Origin: a virus | Taxonomy: Duplodnaviria; Caudoviricetes | Reading direction: 5' to 3' (one strand) | Length of the DNA: 64,000 nt | IMG/VR virus record: IMGVR_UViG_3300036783_000183 | Coordinates: 1-64,000 of that record | Shown here: positions 1-10,247 of the stretch, in pieces | Layout: each line of letters begins with the position of its first letter | How positions within the stretch are numbered: position 1 is the first letter of the stretch | Made by a program: the position numbers and the translations under genes | The notes under the pieces: generated by a model | What the model was told of the DNA's origin: nothing | The model's database searches: none | Seen by the model: the letters and a program-made list of their open reading frames with translations, nothing else

Positions 1-3000
1 CACTGCTGCTGGCCCATCGTCTGGATGCTCGAATCATCCGGCACCGAGGGCTCGTCCATCGACCCCATGCCCGGATTCTGCGTGGTGAACTGGTCCGGGT
101 ACTGGGCCTGGCCGCTGATGCCCGCGCCGACCTGGGCGGCGTAGACCTGGCTGGGGTCGGCAGCAGTGACGCCTTCCGGGTCCAGCGCGGGCTCGGGCTC
201 GTCCTTCAGTTCGGCCAGGGCGCCGTCCGGCTGCGGCTCGCCGAGGACCTCCTCCATCCGGAGGCCCTGGGGATCACGCGGGCTCAGCGATGTCGACGGC
301 CCGCCGGCGGCGCCCCGGTCAGCGTACGGGAAGGACTCACCCCACTCATGAGTGACCGGCCCGGTATCGGTATCCATCGCCTGCGGGCTCAGACCAGCCC
401 CGCCGGCTTCGGTATCCAGGACCGGGCCGGTCCCTTGCCTTGCCGTGCCTCGCCTGCTGGTCCGGCCGGCAGTACTGTTGCCGGAGCTGCCGACCGGATT
501 ATCAATGATCTTAGCGCTTTTATCCTGGTACGCAAACGACTGGCCCTCATCGGCCCAGTCGTTGACGGCCGGGAGATCCAGGACGTTATCGTCCTCGCTG
601 GCGCGGGCCGCCTCGTTGGTCAGCGGCTGCTGGATGGCGCTGTTGTCCGCGATCTCGCCCCAGTTGTCCGGGTCCGGGCCGGCCAGGAAGCCGTAGCTGC
701 CGGGGTCCATGTCCTTCTTGGGCGGCTCGGTCGCGCCGTAGGGCTTCTGCGGCGGGACATTACTGAGGTCCTGAGATCCCCAGGGGGCATTGACCTGATC
801 GGCGGTCAGCTCCAGCCCGGCCAGCCGCAGCAGCGCGGTGACGGCCGCCGGGTCGTCCCCGGCATCGATGAGAACCCGGGCGGCCGTCACCGCAGGCACC
901 GGCATCAGCGCCTCGTCATCCAGCCTAGCAGCTATCAAGGAACTTAGAACGGGACGGGTGGTCTGCGGCGCCCGCCACTCCCGCGCCCAGGACTTGTCCG
1001 AGGGATGCCACGGCGGCTCGGACTTGACCACGACCGTCTCCGGCCAGCCGGACAGCTCGGGGAACATCGCCTTCTGCACGGTGCCGCGCTTGCGGGCCTC
1101 CAGGCCCAGCGCGTAGGCGTGGCTGCACATCCGGCCGGCGAACCGGCCCGGCTGATCGGGATTCTGCCAGAACGTGGCCCACGGGCAGCCGCAGCTGTAG
1201 GCCATCACGGAAAAGCCGCGCCCGGGGTAGTACTGGAGCCCGGTCTCGTACGTGGCGTGATCGCCCTTGACCTCGCCGACCGTCAGGCTACCGGCCAGCG
1301 CGGTGATCCGCACGCCGTTCTCGCGGACGATGCGCTCGGCCTTGGCCACGACATCGCGCCAGGCGGCAGTGAACTCGAACCGGAAGGGGGCACTGCCGGC
1401 CGCCTTCTCGAAGGAGTCCAGCGCCTGATCCGTGCCCGGGTCCTCGTCTTCGCCCTCATCGCCCTCCTCGCCGGGCGGCGGTTCCTGCTGCTGCTGCAGC
1501 TCGGGATGAGCCAGCTGGAAGGACGGCGACTGCTCGACCGGGGTGTAGTTCTGGGTCCTCGGGCCCGGCTTGGGGCCCTGGCTCATCGGCGGCAGGCCGC
1601 GCTGCACCAGGGGCTGCACGGGCTGCTGCTGCGGCGGGGCGGCAGCCGGCTCGCCGTCCTCCAGGCTGTCGTCCGGCGGCGGGAAGTACTGGTCCTGGTC
1701 CTGGGTGTCGTGCATGTGGTCCCAGGGGCCCTCATCGTCCTCCACGTGCCCCGTCCAGGACCACAGGCCCTTGCGGGGCTCCTCCGACTCGCCGGCCAGC
1801 TGCTCCTCGGCCAGCGCCCGGTGATGGCCGTCCGCGACCAGCTGGGCGGGGTTCGAGGGCCGCTGCACCAGGACGGCGGGCTTGGGGCGCTCGCCCTTCC
1901 CGTCGCGCTTCTCGATCTTCTTGCGGGACCTGGCGATGCCCTTCTCGTCCCCGCTGGCCTCCCAGCCGTCCCGGCCGGAGAAGTCCACCTGGTCGAGCGG
2001 GACGTAGTGCGGGCCCTCCCAGCGGGCATCGTGGATCCAGCTCAGCGCGCCCGGCGGGTAGTCCTTGGCCAGCTGCTGGTAGACCGTCTCGGCGGCCGGG
2101 TCGTGCGGCGGGTGCGCGGCCAGCCGCGCGGTCATCTCGGTGAAGGCGCGCGGGCCGACCGCCTCGGCGAACTCGGTCTCCGGGTCGGGCCCGGGGGCCG
2201 GCTCGGGGTAGCGGTTGGTGAACTGGCGGCTGTCCACGAAGTCACCCTCGGTCGCGGTGGGATGGTCCTGCCAGCTGTGCAGCAGCTCGCGCTGGTGCGG
2301 AGTCCACGGCACCCGGGCGTGTTTCACCTGAACCGAGGCCCAGGCCCGGCGCAGGTCGCTGACCGTCTCCCGGTCGAACCCGCGATTACCCTGCAGGTAG
2401 TCCAGGGCTCGCTTCTTGTGCCAGTTAGTCTGCTTTTTCGGCATATCCCGGACATCGGGACCGTCGTAGTGATAGCCCGGGAACGGCTGGCGGTAAGGCT
2501 CATCCCACTTGTGCTGGGGGATCGGGTTGCCGGTGTCGAACTCAGTGCCGTGGTGGCTCTCGATCCAGCCGTGCTCGCCGTATTCCTCGCGGGCATGCGC
2601 GTCGATCGGGATGACCCGGTGGACATGCAGCTTGCCGAAGTGCTCAGAGGGGACGAACATCTCCCCGCCCCAGCGGCTGCGGCTGTCCTCGTGCTCGTGC
2701 ACCGAGGGGTGCGCGTGGATCTCGGCCACGTACGGCCGGACGTAATCATGGCCGTTGACCCAGCTCTCCGGGGTCTTGGTCAGGTAGAGCCCCGTGCCCT
2801 CGCGCGGGCTGATGCTCAGGCTGTTGTCCTGCGGCGCGTGCTCCGGGTCCAGGTCGAACTTCGGGTTGTCGGTGATGTGGTACCAGGTCTCGTGCTCGCC
2901 GTCCATCGCGGCGGTATGCCGCATCGGCTTAGGGAAGTCGACGTGCTCGAAGGGCTCGTTCGGGTACTCCGGCTCGTGCTCCTTCCAGCTGATGCCCTCC

Positions 3001-5648
3001 AGCTGCAGCGGGCTGTCCCCCTTGAGAAATGTCTCGTCCTCGCCCCGGGAGTAGCCCCAGCCCACCTCGTGCTCTTCCAGCTGGCGCGGGTCGCGGATCT
3101 CGTTGCGGCGCCCCGGGCGTTTGACGTGAAACATCACGTCGGTCCTGGGGGCTGACTGGTCCTCCCAGCGCTGATACCCGTGACCGATGTCGGCCGCGTT
3201 CCAGATGGCCCGGTGCGCGATCTGCGTGTGCGGGGTCCAGTGGCGGCCCAGGCCGCCCTGATCGGCAAAGTGCTCGGACAGGGCGCGGGCCCTGTCCTCG
3301 CGCGGGATGCTCTCGTCGTGCACGTAGTCATGCAGGTGATCCGGCAGCTCGGTGACGATGCCCCGGTGCACCGTACTCGGCCGGTACTGCTGGTTGTACT
3401 CGTGCCAGCGGTCGCTCTTCTCCTCGCGCCGCCCCCGGCCGGCCTGCGCGTTCCACCGGTCGATGTCGCGCTCCTCGCCGGGCTGCCACGAGGCTTCCGG
3501 GCGGATGGCGCCGTACTCCGGGGCGGACTTCCACAGCTCACCGAGGTCATGCTGGCCGGCGGCCAGCTCGCGGCCCCGCTCGGTGCCCGCGTCATGCCCG
3601 GCCAGGTAGTCGATGTCTCCCGGGTACGGGCGGGCTACGTCGATCCGGGCCTGCGCCTCGTCGCGGTCGGCGGTCTCGCCGTTCGCCCCGTCCACGTGCC
3701 CGCGCCGGTAGTCATGGTTCGTGTCGAACGCATGCCAGTCGGTCGCGGTATGCCGGATGGCGGCCTCGGCCGCCGAGACGGCGGTCGCCGTAAACGGAGG
3801 TTCACCGCCCTCCTCCTCCGGTTCCTCGCCGGGCATCATCTCTACCGGCCCCGGCTCAGGCTGGCCCAGCTCGTCATCGACGAACTGCTGCTGCGCCGGG
3901 GCGCCCCAGAAGACCCCGCCGACTTCCGGGGCGCCGTTGTAGTCCTGCTCGCGCGGGTCCTCGCCGTCCGCATAGGTGGCGGCCAGGTGATGCCGCTGGG
4001 TGAACGGCAGCGGCTCGCCCTGGTAGGGCAGTTCGCGCTCGACCCGGAACGGGTGCCGGGACATCCGGTTCCCCTCCCGGTTCATCTCGTCGTCGTCCTC
4101 GAAGTCCTCGGGAAACGTCTCGTCTCCCCAGGTGACCGGACCGGTGGGGCTCACCTCGTAGACGTGATGGCTGCCGCCGTGCTCGTGAACGGCGTTGTCG
4201 GCGTGCTGCCAGGCGGTGGCCACGCTAGGCGTGGCGTGCACGAACCCCTGGTGCTCGTCGTCCTCGTACGCTTCGGGGTAGTGAGTCGGGTGTCCCGGTT
4301 CAACGTGATCGCCCGTGCTGAAAGCGTGGTTGGTCCCGTGGTAGAGCCGGGGCACCGGGCCCGGGTGGTAGGCCTGGTTGTGATCCGTCGAGTACGTCCC
4401 GCCCTCCGCCGCGTGCCGGTACCCGCCCTGCTCGTGGTCCCAGATCATCGCGGCATGCGCCCGGATCCCCTCGCCGCCGAACTCGTGGTGGGTCCAGGCC
4501 GGATCCTCGTCCAGGTGCTCCGGGACGCCTGAGTAGGCGCGAGGGCTCAGCCCGTGGTCTGGCTTCGCCCAGGAGATCCCCTTGATCCGCATCGGCGCCT
4601 GGTTCTGGATCGGCACCTCGCGGTTGCTCGTCTTGTGGTAGGAGTGCACGCCCCAGTACTCCAGGGTGTCCGGGTCGGTCTCGACGTGCTGCATGCCGGG
4701 AAAATGCGCGTGCAGCATCACCGGGGTCTGGTAGTGGCTGACCGGCTCCTTGCCCCGGTACCGGTCGATGGTGGTGTTCTCGGCGTAGCTCTTGGACACG
4801 TCCGGTTCATCGGACCAGAAGTTGCCCAGGCCGCCGTGCGGGCTGCCCGCCGCCTGGTCCCGCAGGATGTGACCGGCCAGGGCGCGGGCCCGCTGGTGCA
4901 CCGGGACTGACTCGTCGTGCATGTGCTCGTGCAGCTCGGGCGGCAGCCGCGTCGCGATGCCCCGGTGCAGCGTGTCGCCAGGGCCCTCGGCGTTCCAGTC
5001 GGTGTACCAGTCCTGCTCGCCCAGCCAGTTCGAGTGGTGCTCCTCGTGCTCCCAGCGGTCCTTCAGGTCCCCGCCGCAGTGCTCGCACTCCTCCGGCTCG
5101 TACGTCCCCCTGGCCTGCTGGACGTGCTTGACGTGGTGGAAGGTCACCTCGGGATCGCGCTCGCCGAAGTTCCAGCCGCACTCCGGACAGTCCGGATGAG
5201 GCTGATGCTGCATGTGGAAGAGCTTCTCCTGGCTGTACGGCAGCGGGACGGCGGTGTGCCGCGAGCCGATCATCGAGATCTGCCGACCCGGATCCGGCCG
5301 GTCCTCCAGGATGGTGCCCATCTCCGGGTACCAGTGCGAGGCCAGGGACTCCAGGTCGGCTTCAGCCTCCAGCGCGGCCGTCACCCCGGCGGGCAGGTAC
5401 GCGGGTGCCTGGTGGCCGCCGCCGTAGCCCTCGCCGACCGGCCGCAGCTGATTGCCCAGGAACGTGCCGCCGCCCATGCCGTTATCGAGAATGACCTGGT
5501 ACTCGGTATTGCCGGGACTGAAGCTCTCGGTGACCAGGATGACCCGGCCGATGGCGCCATCCAGGGTGCGGACCCGCTGGCCGACGCTGAACTCCTGGTC
5601 CAGCGCAGCGCTGAGCCGGGTCGCGTGCTTCTCGATCCGGCGTTCCAC
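1..5648 (-). CDS. Giant modular head-region/polyvalent protein (>1880 aa, 3' end runs off window); ART-like, ParB-like, SWIM-like domains
   Basis: GTG at 5646-5648 behind GGAGAGGAGG; open frame to position 1 (absent from the ORF track because there is no stop; the + ORFs 348, 1005, 3180, 4554 and 4917 are its antisense shadows). Motifs RLYHGTNHAF..FVHATPS..VYEV (Arr-like ART), LVADGHHRALA (ParB/Srx), YSCGC..MCSHAYAL (SWIM CxC..CxH). Confidence 0.85.
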   Translation of the reverse strand, partial: MERRIEKHATRLSAALDQEFSVGQRVRTLDGAIGRVILVTESFSPGNTEYQVILDNGMGGGTFLGNQLRPVGEGYGGGHQAPAYLPAGVTAALEAEADLESLASHWYPEMGTILEDRPDPGRQISMIGSRHTAVPLPYSQEKLFHMQHQPHPDCPECGWNFGERDPEVTFHHVKHVQQARGTYEPEECEHCGGDLKDRWEHEEHHSNWLGEQDWYTDWNAEGPGDTLHRGIATRLPPELHEHMHDESVPVHQRARALAGHILRDQAAGSPHGGLGNFWSDEPDVSKSYAENTTIDRYRGKEPVSHYQTPVMLHAHFPGMQHVETDPDTLEYWGVHSYHKTSNREVPIQNQAPMRIKGISWAKPDHGLSPRAYSGVPEHLDEDPAWTHHEFGGEGIRAHAAMIWDHEQGGYRHAAEGGTYSTDHNQAYHPGPVPRLYHGTNHAFSTGDHVEPGHPTHYPEAYEDDEHQGFVHATPSVATAWQHADNAVHEHGGSHHVYEVSPTGPVTWGDETFPEDFEDDDEMNREGNRMSRHPFRVERELPYQGEPLPFTQRHHLAATYADGEDPREQDYNGAPEVGGVFWGAPAQQQFVDDELGQPEPGPVEMMPGEEPEEEGGEPPFTATAVSAAEAAIRHTATDWHAFDTNHDYRRGHVDGANGETADRDEAQARIDVARPYPGDIDYLAGHDAGTERGRELAAGQHDLGELWKSAPEYGAIRPEASWQPGEERDIDRWNAQAGRGRREEKSDRWHEYNQQYRPSTVHRGIVTELPDHLHDYVHDESIPREDRARALSEHFADQGGLGRHWTPHTQIAHRAIWNAADIGHGYQRWEDQSAPRTDVMFHVKRPGRRNEIRDPRQLEEHEVGWGYSRGEDETFLKGDSPLQLEGISWKEHEPEYPNEPFEHVDFPKPMRHTAAMDGEHETWYHITDNPKFDLDPEHAPQDNSLSISPREGTGLYLTKTPESWVNGHDYVRPYVAEIHAHPSVHEHEDSRSRWGGEMFVPSEHFGKLHVHRVIPIDAHAREEYGEHGWIESHHGTEFDTGNPIPQHKWDEPYRQPFPGYHYDGPDVRDMPKKQTNWHKKRALDYLQGNRGFDRETVSDLRRAWASVQVKHARVPWTPHQRELLHSWQDHPTATEGDFVDSRQFTNRYPEPAPGPDPETEFAEAVGPRAFTEMTARLAAHPPHDPAAETVYQQLAKDYPPGALSWIHDARWEGPHYVPLDQVDFSGRDGWEASGDEKGIARSRKKIEKRDGKGERPKPAVLVQRPSNPAQLVADGHHRALAEEQLAGESEEPRKGLWSWTGHVEDDEGPWDHMHDTQDQDQYFPPPDDSLEDGEPAAAPPQQQPVQPLVQRGLPPMSQGPKPGPRTQNYTPVEQSPSFQLAHPELQQQQEPPPGEEGDEGEDEDPGTDQALDSFEKAAGSAPFRFEFTAAWRDVVAKAERIVRENGVRITALAGSLTVGEVKGDHATYETGLQYYPGRGFSVMAYSCGCPWATFWQNPDQPGRFAGRMCSHAYALGLEARKRGTVQKAMFPELSGWPETVVVKSEPPWHPSDKSWAREWRAPQTTRPVLSSLIAARLDDEALMPVPAVTAARVLIDAGDDPAAVTALLRLAGLELTADQVNAPWGSQDLSNVPPQKPYGATEPPKKDMDPGSYGFLAGPDPDNWGEIADNSAIQQPLTNEAARASEDDNVLDLPAVNDWADEGQSFAYQDKSAKIIDNPVGSSGNSTAGRTSRRGTARQGTGPVLDTEAGGAGLSPQAMDTDTGPVTHEWGESFPYADRGAAGGPSTSLSPRDPQGLRMEEVLGEPQPDGALAELKDEPEPALDPEGVTAADPSQVYAAQVGAGISGQAQYPDQFTTQNPGMGSMDEPSVPDDSSIQTMGQQQ

Positions 5649-5680
5649 GGGCCCTCCTCTCCTCTTCCGAGGGGCCCGCC

Positions 5681-8045
5681 TGCCGTGCCCGGATACGCCC
5701 CGCCCGGCGTTCCTTGCCCGTCCATGCCTCGCCTAGACGGCCCAGCCTAACCTCGACCAGACAGGCCTCGCCTAGACAGGACGGCCCAGCGCTGCCCAGC
5801 CTAGCCTCGACCAGACAGGCCGTCCCATGCCCTGACGGCTACGCCCGGCAGTGCCTTGCCCCGTCAGGCCGAGCCTTGCCATAACGGCCGCGCCATGCCC
5901 AGGCAGGCCCCGCCTCGCCTCGCATCACCGGCCGAGCCCGGCCTCGCCAGGCCTCGCCTCATCATGCAAAGCCACGCCACGCCAAGACGGCCTTGCGATG
6001 ACGTGCCCTGCCGTGCGATCGCAGCCCTGTACTGCCCAGCCTTGACGGCCTGGCCGAGCGACGCCATGACAACCTAACCGCGCCCTGCCGATCCGGCCGC
6101 GCCTAGCCTCGCCGAGCCGACCCACGACAAGCCACGCCAAGACCGCCTCGCCACGCCGAGCCTTGACTCGCCATGCCTGGCCTTAACCGCCGCGCCAGGC
6201 CCGGACGGGCCTTGCTTTGCCGGGCCTCACCGGCCACGCCACGCCTGGACCCGTCTAGCCCTGCCGGGCCGAGACAGCCGCGCCGTGCTGCGCCAAACCT
6301 TGCCCGGCCAGGCCAGGACTAGCCTCGCCTAGACGGCCGCGATGAGCCGTACCGTGCCCGGACCTGACATGCCATGAGTAGCGATGCCCGGCCTGCCCCG
6401 CCGAGAGCTGCCATGCCCGGCCCTGCGCTCCAAGACGCGCCTGACCAAACCTGCCTCGCCAAGCCGCGCCATGCCCAGCCTTGCACGGCCAGGATAGGCC
6501 GAGCCGAGCCAGGACAGCCACGCAACGCCGTGCCCGGACCAGCCAAGCAGCCAGCGCCATACCGCACCTGGACAGCCCGGACTGACCGCGCCGAGCCGTG
6601 CCCCGCCTACCGAGCCGCGCCCTGACCTGACGGCCGAGCCGATCCGTGCCTTGACTCGCCACGCCTTCGCAAGCACTGCCTGGACGGCCAGGCCGAGCCC
6701 TGCCTGGCACGGCCTCGCCGTGCCTGGTCAGGCACTGCCGCGACGGCCCCGCGAACCATGCCTTGCCTTGACGCGCCCCGTCTAACGCTGCCTCGACGGC
6801 CCGGCCACGCCTTGCCGTTGCTTGCCTTGCCGCGCCTAGACGGCCCCGCGAAACCCGGCCGGGACGGGCACCGCCTGGCCGCGCCTAGCCCTGACGGCCC
6901 CGCCAAGCCGAGCCTCACCATACCTCGCCATGCTGCCCGTCCAAGCCTCGCCTTGACGGCCTGACACCGCAATGCCCCGGCATGCCATGATCAGCCCCGC
7001 CATACGCTGACGGCCATGCCGGGCCAGGCCAGGACTCGCCTAGCCATGCAGGGCCTTGCCTTTCCGGCCGCGCCGGGCCACGCGGTGCGATGCAGCGTCA
7101 TGCCTTGCCTTGACGGCCTGGCCAGGACGTGCTGTCCCGAGCCCTGCCTTGCCTCTCCGGCCTTGCCGTGCTGAGACGAGCCTTGCCCAGCGGTCCACGC
7201 CAAGTAAAGCCAACCCGCCACGCCCTGCTGCACCCTGGCAAGACGCGCACTGCCCTGCGGTGACGGCCTGGCTATACCTTGCCTGGCCTCGCCTCGCCAT
7301 CCCTGGCCACGCCCCTCCGGCCCAGACGTGCCGCGCCAAGACTAGCTGCCGCGATCCGCGCCATGCGAAGACAGCCGCCCATACCTCACCCGGACTCGCC
7401 GTGCCAGGATCATGCCATAACGGCCTCGCCATGCCGGGCCCGGCCAGGCCGTGCCTAGCCTTGACGGCCGTGCCGAACGGTGCCCGGTACTGCCGGGACG
7501 GGCGATGCCTATCCGGCCACGCCAAACCGTGCCTTGACCGGATAGGCCGGGCTACGCCTGCCGCGCCTGGCCGAGCGACCGTCGCCGTGCCCAGCTGAGC
7601 CTCACCTCGGCAACCAGCCGGGACAGGCCCTGCCAGGCCTTGCCGTGACCATCCTGGCCTTGACGGCACTGCCGAGCCCTGCCGAGCATCGACGAGCCGC
7701 GCCATGCCTAAGGCACTGCGCCCTGCCGAGACGGCCCTGCCGCCTATGCCGAGCTATGCCGTGCTGCGCAAGCCACGCACTGCCTTGCCCCTCCAGCCGG
7801 TCCCCGCCGTGCCCAGCCATGCTGAGAAATGCCACGCACTGCGTCACCAGCCGGGCCCATCGATACGATCCATTCCTTGACTGGACGGCCGTAGCCAAGC
7901 CGAGCACAGCAACCCACCCGCGCCTTGCCTCGCCTGCCGAGCCGAGCGGCACGCAGCCGATCTGCCCGCGCTCAGCTAAGCCGCGCCATTCCGGCTCAGC
8001 CTCACCGCGCCCAGCCAGGACAGGCCACGCTCCGCATCGCCTCGC
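5681..8045 (-). repeat. GGY-NN pentamer array 1 (putative guide-RNA/vrRNA array, roughly 40 units)
   Basis: Continuous 5-nt periodic NNGCC on + (GGC/GGT-NN on -); delimiter [G/A]AC[G/T]GCC at 5736, 5780, 5834, 5883, 5986, 6044, 6683, 6742, 6795, 6839, 6893, 6955, 7009 etc.; the ORFs called here are low-complexity artefacts. Confidence 0.9.
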
Positions 8046-8060
8046 TATTCCTCCGCAAGT

Positions 8061-10247
8061 TTATAGCACATCCGCGTCGTCGGGCAGCTCGTCGCCGTCC
8101 TTCAGGGCCGCCTCGCGGCGGACGCCGACCACGCGCGGGGTCTTGTAGCTGGCCGGGGCGTCATGCGTCGCCCATTTGTTGATCACATCCACTTCCCCAT
8201 CGGCCAGCACGTGCGGGGTGCCGTGCTCCTCGTCCTCCAGGACCGGGTGCTCGCGGGCGCGGGCCTGCTGGCGGGTCCGGGCGGTGCGGCGGAACAAGCT
8301 GGCCTCGCTCGGCATGCCCTTGCGCTCCTCGTCGGACTCCGGCGGCCGGTCGGACTCCTCGCCGGGGCCCGGCTCCTCGTCTTCCGGGCCCTCGGGCGGC
8401 GCGTTGGGCGGCTCCTCCTCGGCCTGCTCCTGCTCCTGCTCGTCCTCGGGCCCGGGGGCCAGGGCCAGCAGCGGGCCGCCCGCCGGCGGCTCGGTGCCGA
8501 GGCGGGGCAGCGGCATGCCGCCCGTGCTCGGGCCCTGCGGCATCCCCTCGACCTGGGCGACGGGGGCGAAGTCGGCCTCCAGGTCCTCGGGCACCGGCAG
8601 GCCCTGGTCGCGCAGCGCGATGTAGACCTGCTTGCGGGTCTCCTGCTCGGCCACGGCCTGGGCGACGGCCTCGTCCTGGGACCGGGCGACCTCCTCGTCC
8701 AGGTCGATCTCCAGGTTGCGGGTCCGGGTCCGCTGGCTGATCGGGATGCCGGACGCGCGCAGCGCCTCGACGAACTGGCGGGTCGCGTCCTCGTCCTTCA
8801 GGTTCAGCACCTTGAACCGGCGGTCGGGGACCAGCAGCTTGGGCTGCTCGACGAGGTGCTTCTCGCCGGTCTCCTCGTCCTGCTCCAGCACCTCCTCCAT
8901 GATCACGTAGCGCTTGCCGCCGTGCTCGCGGTAGTCGTAGTGCTCCTGCGCCTCGGCCACGACCATGGCCCGCTGCCGGAAGTGCCGGGCCTGGAAGCGC
9001 TGGTACTTGGCCATCAGCATGGTGACCAGTTCCTTGTTCAGCGCGTCGGCCGCGTACGTCTGGCCGGACTGGGCGCCCATCAGGAACGTGCGGGACAGGC
9101 CGAACACCTGCAGGATCGAGTCCTCGATCCGCTCGAAGTCCGGGGTCAGGTCGGGCATGTTCTCGCGGCCGAGCACGGGCAGCATCTCGACGGCGAAGTT
9201 GTAGATCAGCGCGCGGAAGTCGCCGGCCAGGGCGGCGTCCAGGGCCAGCTCGAAGTTCTCCAGGTCGTCATCGGTCGGGATCCACGGCTGGGAGGTGCCC
9301 AGGTCGGTGGCGCTGGCGCCGAGCTTGCAGAGGATCAGCGGGGTGTACAGCCGGTCGGCGATCGAGTCGAGCGCGGTGTTGAGCATCTCCTTCTGCAGCA
9401 TCGAGCGCATCGCCCGGGTCAGCAGCGGGACGCCGCGCACGTTGAACGTGTCGCCCCGGAACTTCAGCTGCTTCAGCAGGATGTTGGACACCGGCATGAA
9501 GGTGTTCTCGGCGGTATAGGCGCTCAGCTCGGGGTACTCCGCGATCAGCCGGTTGTACTCCCAGGCGGGCTGGCGGGTCTGCAGGATCTGCCGGATGGTC
9601 CAGGGCAGCCGGATGAAGTAGCGGGGCTCCTTCAGGAACGGGCTGCGCTCGACCTTCACGTCATCGGGGTTGAGCAGCTCCTCGTCGTCCCAGATGCCGA
9701 GGTCCTCGTTGAAGGTGGCGAACGGCCAGGCCTCGCCGGAGGTCCAGTACTCCCGGCCGATGTCGACGGTGAACTCCTCGTAGTCGAGATGCTCCTCGTT
9801 GAAGAACAGGTCGCCGTAGAAGTCCTCCAGCCGGGGGTCCTTGCACTCCAGGTGGTCGCCCATGGTCGGGAACTTGCTGAAGATGTCGACGCAGGACCCG
9901 ATGATCGGGTCGGTCTGGTACAGCAGCCGGCAGAACGCGCGGACCTTGGCCAGCTCCTCGTTCTGGGAGAAGTCGTAGGGCAGGTTGTTCTGCCGCCAGT
10001 AGAACAGCGGGTCGCGCGGGCGCCCGGTGGCGAACTGGATGTCGCCGAAGCCGCCGGCCGCGCCGCCCCCGCCGCCGCCGCCGTAGGCGCCCGTGCGCCG
10101 CATGACCGAGCGGTTCTTGCGGGCCTCGGCGACCTCGGGTGTCATCGTCCCGGCCCGCTCGGCGCCCAGCGCCAGCATCCGGCTCATGCCCTCGCTGACC
10201 TTGCGGTCGCGGTCCAGAGCGGCGGCGGCGGAGAACTGGAGCTTCAC
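8061..10247 (-). CDS. Portal protein
   Basis: 728 aa; core CRLLYQTDPIIGSCVDIFSKFP, GVPLLTRAMRS, LYTPLILCKLG typical of large actinophage portals; acidic C-terminal tail; GTGA overlap with upstream gene. Confidence 0.8.
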   Translation of the reverse strand: MKLQFSAAAALDRDRKVSEGMSRMLALGAERAGTMTPEVAEARKNRSVMRRTGAYGGGGGGGAAGGFGDIQFATGRPRDPLFYWRQNNLPYDFSQNEELAKVRAFCRLLYQTDPIIGSCVDIFSKFPTMGDHLECKDPRLEDFYGDLFFNEEHLDYEEFTVDIGREYWTSGEAWPFATFNEDLGIWDDEELLNPDDVKVERSPFLKEPRYFIRLPWTIRQILQTRQPAWEYNRLIAEYPELSAYTAENTFMPVSNILLKQLKFRGDTFNVRGVPLLTRAMRSMLQKEMLNTALDSIADRLYTPLILCKLGASATDLGTSQPWIPTDDDLENFELALDAALAGDFRALIYNFAVEMLPVLGRENMPDLTPDFERIEDSILQVFGLSRTFLMGAQSGQTYAADALNKELVTMLMAKYQRFQARHFRQRAMVVAEAQEHYDYREHGGKRYVIMEEVLEQDEETGEKHLVEQPKLLVPDRRFKVLNLKDEDATRQFVEALRASGIPISQRTRTRNLEIDLDEEVARSQDEAVAQAVAEQETRKQVYIALRDQGLPVPEDLEADFAPVAQVEGMPQGPSTGGMPLPRLGTEPPAGGPLLALAPGPEDEQEQEQAEEEPPNAPPEGPEDEEPGPGEESDRPPESDEERKGMPSEASLFRRTARTRQQARAREHPVLEDEEHGTPHVLADGEVDVINKWATHDAPASYKTPRVVGVRREAALKDGDELPDDADVL

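Noticed and set aside
932-950. Operator-like TATCAAGGAACTTAGAAC inside the first giant CDS
   Set aside because: Only one half-site matches and no gene start follows
925-1182. Separate 85-aa minus ORF
   Set aside because: Off-frame shadow inside the >1880-aa CDS
5681-8045. Many overlapping Arg/Gly/Ala/Pro-rich ORFs on both strands (and likewise at 21246-22947 and 61708-62261)
   Set aside because: They are translations of the 5-nt periodic repeat: no RBS, no codon bias, all frames open
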